Assembly (NCBI GenBank): GCA_043228905.1
Contig: JBHGNT010001090.1
Coordinates: 1 to 12,179 of the forward strand
DNA: 12,179 bases
Direction of reading: 5' to 3'
Source: Azolla caroliniana
Lineage: Eukaryota; Plantae; Polypodiophyta
Position numbers and translations under genes: made by a program. The notes beneath the pieces are model-generated. The model was not told the origin of the DNA. It was given only the letters and a program-made list of their open reading frames with translations, and searched no databases. Positions 7,462 to 12,179 of the stretch are shown here, in pieces (position 1 is the first letter of the stretch; the number at the start of each line of letters is the position of its first letter).

Positions 7462-10400
7462 CTAACTCTTCATTACTGCCTGAGGATCATAATCAAATGC
7501 TTCTCCAGCCTTCACAAACCGTCCTCTGACCCGCCTTCTGCTATCTGCCCCAGCTTTCCGAGACTCATAACGAATCTTCTTCTTATACCTGCATAGATAG
7601 AAGCTTCATCTAGATTCTGCAACTGAATAGAATATCCAAAAACATCAACTGTATTTTCCTTTTAAATTTGAGGAGTTTTCTTTTACTTACTGACGGTGTT
7701 TCTTTTTCTCCTTGTATCGAAGCATAGCATCATCTCGTGCTTTGGCAAAAGCCTCTTTATTGTGGCTTGTGGATCCCCCTTGTGGATTGGCATTTAACTT
7801 GCCAGATAACATGCTGCAATTAGGGTAGTCTGTAAGCAGAGGGTTTTCACCACTCAATCCTGAAAGGGACAGAGAATCTGATACATTGGCAATCCTTGGA
7901 CTTTCAAGAACTTGTTCAGGCAAAAGAGAGTCCCTTGGTTGTGCTATAGCCTGCATATGCAAGAGCATAAGAAACATTCATATCTTAAAAGAAAGCCTAG
8001 GAAATCAGAGACATGGAGGCTTTTACCAACATTTTGTGAATCTACTGTGTTGCCTGCCTGTATACTTTCCACGTGAATACTGGACTCAACAAATGATCTA
8101 CTTTGTCCCATCGAAGAACAAGACGATGTTACATCTTTGAACTCTTCTGTTTGCAGACATGAGGTATCAAACATCTCATAGTTGTCAAATTCAAGATCAA
8201 CATCCGACATATTGAAGTCATCAATGGTCATGCCATTTTTGCAGAAGACGAGATCTTCAATATGATCTCCTCTAGTCTGTCAAAAAGAAGAACCATGGCT
8301 ACTCCATTACTGATCAAATGGAAGATATTCACTGAAGATGCATTATCACCTTATATAACCTTAGTCAAGAAGGACAAAACGTATACACTGTAAAATTTGG
8401 GATTAATACATGACCGAACAAAATTACCTCATGAAATTAATAACGCCCAAAAGTTAAAGATAACAATCATTGAACCCAGGGCCCACATCTTAAAGCAACT
8501 CCCGTGTTTGACTATGGAATACACTGCTGCTGTAAATAAGAAAACTCTGTATACAATGGCCAAATATGATATGCAGGCTGTTCCAAAGGCATAGGAAGAA
8601 ACATCAATCTCGAAGAGTTCATAAAAGAGAGAGAGAGAGATTAAAAAAACATAGAAATGCTTAACATGAGCAATATGATTAATAGAAAACTTCTAGTTGA
8701 AAATTTATCATGCTGTCATTTTGTGTAGGTTCAACTTTTCTTCTTGGCTTCTGTAGGTACTAGGTAGTAGGCCCTCTTGGGGGGCCATCTATAAAGGAAA
8801 GGACAAGTTCTGAACAAGGAACTTGATAATAGTACTTGTGATATTTGGGGATATGTAGAGTTATTTGGAGACATTCATCCATTTGCACAGGCCGAAGACA
8901 TGTTAATGATTCTGAGAAGACGGTTAATAATGTGTACCATCATCCATGTCGTATTTATGCTAATCCAGATGTCTACGTGAATGCAATCACATAAGCAAGA
9001 TACAAAAGGTTGTTCACAATTACATCTTACATGATCGATCACTATTTCTATACTTCATGTATGAGGCCATATAAACATTGCAATTAATGGGGGTGTCTTG
9101 TGTACAACAGGTATTTGAATTCCCAATGAATTTCTCACTTACCCAAAAATGAATAAATGACCTGAATGTATGCTAATTGATAAAGTCAATATAGCTAGGG
9201 AGAACAAGCATACAATACTATTTTGTTTAATTCAGCATGCTGTTGCAATTGGTTGATTTTCCAAATTGTGAAGGTGAACTTTCTTATCGTAGTTAATACC
9301 ATTTCTGCAAGCAAAATTTGTTTATTTCCATGCATTTATTTTGAGAATTTCCATAAATTTGTTTAATTTTTGCACTAGAGAAATTGTATCCCCTCCCCGG
9401 TTACCTCTTGGCAACGGTTGAAGGAGCAAAGAGTGATAATACGATCTGGATATGAGATCAACTTGCCCAGATATCTGAGGTTGTGGCCCAAAAGCATGAT
9501 GCGTGACATATAGGACTTATTTCATGCTTCAAGCAAAGTGAGACACGTATAGTAAAGATAGTGATAAGAGATCTGATCATGTTTCTTTATTGTTTGTATC
9601 TATTTCAATCTATTAGATATTCATGTTTTCTGTATATTTTCTAGTTGATGAGTGAGTTTTATAGCTTTCTATCTCGAATTCACAGCTAAAAGAAACTGTT
9701 TTCTTCCTTCTCTGGTTTTGTTTCCCACATCTCCTATCATGCTAATCAAGATAGTATATGGCCATGAGTCATGCCATGTCCAAACATTTAGCACTTTCTC
9801 CAAAAAATTTGGGAAGACATAATTGATGTGCTATCACCATTCAAAGCTTACATGTATAACCCTCTACAACCAGTAGTAGGGCATCATCTCAAGGAGATGA
9901 TATAGAGTTATTCTATTTTGTTTTCAGACATAATTCGGTAACTTCGATAAAAGAAGGATACGGCGAACAGAAAAAGAGATAGAGAAAGGAACATAAAAGG
10001 AGAGATACCTCATTTTCTTGACAGTCTATATTGTAATTCCAGAAATCTCCCTGAAGAATGCAGTTTGTTAAATTTTCAGAAATAACTGCTTGAGCTTCAA
10101 TGCGATTAGTTTCCAGTGGAAGTTGATCATTGATTCCATGTTGAATATGATCCTCATACTTCTTCTCTTGTATTTGTTGCAAATCTGCACTAACTAAAGG
10201 TCTTACGTGAGGCGATCTTTCTTTCTCAGACAAGTTTGGAACTAGAGTCAATGGCAGTAAATGTTGTTTGGTTTTGAAGATCTCTTCACCATTTTCTGCG
10301 TTAAGACTCTGTTGAGGAACATCTTGCTTTCTTTTAGATTTACTAGGCAAACATTGATCCTTGTTTGTTTCTCCAACCTACACAAGCAGAGAGCACATGA

Positions 10401-11374
10401 TTTGACCCATTTCCTAACTGCAAAATGTTATAGCAAGGGTTATAATGTGTAGATTTCTGTGCTCGACTTAGTCATGCCATTAACCAATGGAAAAAACAGA
10501 CTCACATCCCCTTATTTGTGGCACTTACATCAGGGAAAATAGAAAAACTCTTTTTGGTTTCGTTGATCTCCACTTTAGCTGAAACAGGATCATGCGATGA
10601 ACTAGTTGGAAAGTTCCTTAGGCCTTGATCCATTTTGGATTGACTAGAAACATGATCAGATTCTCCGAGACCACCAAGAAAATTTATTTTTGTTTGATCC
10701 ATGTTGATACTATTGGAACAAATAGGATTCCATGATGAATTAATGGGGGAATTTCTTTCTTCATTTTTATTCATGACTAGTGGATAAGAGACATTATCTG
10801 ATGTCGTCACCAGATCAACTGGAAAGTTCCTTTTTTTGCTTCGATTTATGAGAAGCGGATAGGAGACATGATCTGATGCATTCATTAGATCAACCGTGAA
10901 GTTCCTTTTGATGCTGCGATGCATGGCTGGTGTATCAGAGACATGATCCGATGTTATACCTAGATCAACCGGGAAATTCCTGTGGTTGACATGATTCATG
11001 GCCGGTGGATTAGAGACATGATCTGATGTGGCCAGATCACCCACGACACACTCCCAGATGCCAGCAAGTTCAATGCCTGAGGGGCAACCTGAGAAGGAGC
11101 TAATGGGCAGGTGCGAATGCGCCTGATGCGAACCAGTCTCATCGCATTGTTGGCATAAAGAGAGGTTTTTGGTTACACATCGAACAGAAGCCGGGCGAGA
11201 AGCGCATGTATTACAGAGGAGAGTCCGAGAGTGTCGTCGGGAGAGAGCATTGGCAGAGTGGACATCTCGATCGCACGCAAGACATAGTCTCGCAGCATCA
11301 GCTTTGCAGTAAACAATGGCTGTCTCCTTGGAGCAGAAGTCACACAATACCTTCACCACAGCTGATTCCTGCAT
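7462..11374 (-). CDS. CONSTANS-LIKE zinc finger protein (two B-boxes + CCT; COL9-COL12-type BBX), about 606-615 aa; exons 11374-10529, 10377-10009, 8276-(8031 or 8058), 7950-7691, 7588-7462
   Basis: B-box1 CDFC...[29 protein letters not shown]; diverged B-box2 RTLLCNTC...PASVRC....LSLCQQCD; SGCPS..ELA.IW motif; middle motifs [18 protein letters not shown] and [10 protein letters not shown]; [19 protein letters not shown]|[26 protein letters not shown] followed by AGEAFDYDP, typical of the COL9/10 clade. Splice sites: GAT|GTAAGT 10528, TAG|GTT 10378, GAG|GTATCT 10008, CAG|ACT 8277, CAG|GCT 7951, CA|GTAAGT 7690, CAG|G 7589; TAG at 7464-7462. The exon 3 donor is ambiguous. Confidence 0.93.
8627..8640 (+). 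repeat. (GA)7 microsatellite in COL intron 2
   Basis: Direct reading. Confidence 0.85.
9060..9290 (+). mobile_element. Possible decayed copia integrase C-terminal fragment in COL intron 2
   Basis: PYKHCN*WGCLVY (9067-9105) resembles P..SHL+VWGCLAY, followed by L-PK and YS*GEQAYN (like GYS...KAY+). Weak, by eye. Confidence 0.3.
10605..11038 (-). repeat. Coding tandem repeat of ~75 bp / 25 aa (4 clear copies plus 1-2 degenerate) in COL exon 1
   Basis: [24 protein letters not shown] / [25 protein letters not shown] / [25 protein letters not shown] / [25 protein letters not shown] (11038-10742), later [22 protein letters not shown]. Confidence 0.9.
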
Positions 11375-11412
11375 GTAGGGCAACCACAATTGGGAAATCT
11401 CTGCAACTCTTC

Positions 11413-11416
<4 letters not shown>

Positions 11417-11447
<31 letters not shown>
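11417..11447 (-). repeat. (AG)15 microsatellite (CT on + strand) 43-73 nt upstream of the COL ATG
   Basis: ctctct... at 11417-11447. Confidence 0.97.
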
Positions 11448-11451
<4 letters not shown>

Positions 11452-11543
11452 GTACAAGCCAAAGAATATCTCTGGAAAGGTTCTTTTGATATTTCATCTC
11501 TTGAAAAAAAGCCAAAAAGTGCAGAAAAAGTGCTGGAAAGTGC

Positions 11544-11595
11544 TGCTGACGTGGGGTTGAAAAAAGGTGCAGGCCCTTTACACGTCACGTCAGCA
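11544..11595. promoter_or_regulatory. Cluster of ACGT (bZIP-type C/G-box, TGACGTG) elements upstream of COL
   Basis: TGACGTGG at 11547-11554 and overlapping ACACGTCACGTCA at 11580-11592. TGCTGACGTG (11544-11553) and CACGTCAGCA (11586-11595) form a perfect 10-bp inverted pair. Confidence 0.55.
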
Positions 11596-11743
11596 TCCTC
11601 ACTTTTTGAAGCCCCTCTCTCTTTTGCAAAATGGTGGACAAAGTCTCCACCAAACTGTGGGCAACCAAAAGAGTTCAAATGAAGGTGGGTACGTGTGCCT
11701 TCGTGTCCACCTTCGTGTCCGTGTCTCGAACCCATAGAAACTG

Positions 11744-11840
11744 CTTCTTCTTCCGCTGATTAAAAAGAAAAGAAAAACCCTAAATTTCTTCTTCTTCTTG
11801 TTCTTCAGCTGATTAAAAAAAACCAAAAATACCCTAAATT
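11744..11840. repeat. Diverged ~54-bp direct duplication containing a telo-box (AAACCCTAA 11775-11783)
   Basis: cttcttcttccgctgattaaaaagaaaagaaaaaccctaaatt versus cttcttgttcttcagctgattaaaaaaaaccaaaaataccctaaatt. Confidence 0.65.
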
Positions 11841-12179
11841 ACCGCATGTTTTTACTTCATCTCCCTCATTGCCACGCCTACGACTTCTTCATCTCCTCTT
11901 GTCCCCCGAACACATGATTGGATCCTCCCATCCCAATAATTAAATCGTTTTTGGTCAAGTCCTAAGTAAAAACATGTTGGCTCGATGGAAAGTTGCGATT
12001 CAATGGGGTCCGTGAAAGACTTTGTTACCTCTCAGTGAACGCTTACTTCTCTCTCTATCTATGTTTGCTTGGGATCTCGAATGTGAACATATAGTATTAC
12101 AATCTAAGAAAAATCGCCTTGGCCACTTGTAGGAGGGGGTGTTATTGACAACTTTTTCATAGTTGCTTGCTTATTGATT

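Noticed and set aside
9405-9474. Possible 70-nt extra COL exon (CTCAG| ... GAG|GTAACC)
   Set aside because: Weak polypyrimidine tract, frameshifting length and no family motif; exons 2 and 3 already join in frame.
11461-11472. Evening-element-like AAGAATATCT
   Set aside because: Mismatch to AAAATATCT and a single copy, so not distinguishable from chance.
11206-11826. ORFs 11206-11682 (+) and 11599-11826 (-)
   Set aside because: Antisense to the B-box exon or low-complexity promoter sequence, with no recognisable domain.

Overview
Eukaryotic land-plant nuclear DNA (spliceosomal introns, AT-rich, GA microsatellites) carrying three intron-containing genes. (1) The 3' end of a nuclear-encoded plastid 50S ribosomal protein L4 gene (+, exons <2-194 and 436-548). 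(2) A complete DUF300/TMEM184 (OST-alpha/LAZ1 family) membrane protein gene (+, 4 exons, 3212-5429, 292 aa). (3) A convergent CONSTANS-LIKE double B-box + CCT transcription factor gene of the COL9-COL12 type (-, 5 exons, 11374-7462, about 610 aa), unusually long partly because of an internal ~25-aa tandem repeat. Intergenic and intronic DNA appears to hold very decayed Ty1/copia pol fragments, read by eye from the order and spacing of motifs and not confirmed by search. Both complete genes have sense-strand (AG)n tracts at their start codons, with upstream reading frames running through them. I found no prokaryotic-type system, RNA gene or CRISPR array, and no strong evidence for a wholly new biological system. 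The best leads are the COL repeat insertion, microsatellite-controlled frame coupling at the start codons, and several candidate alternative-splicing switches.
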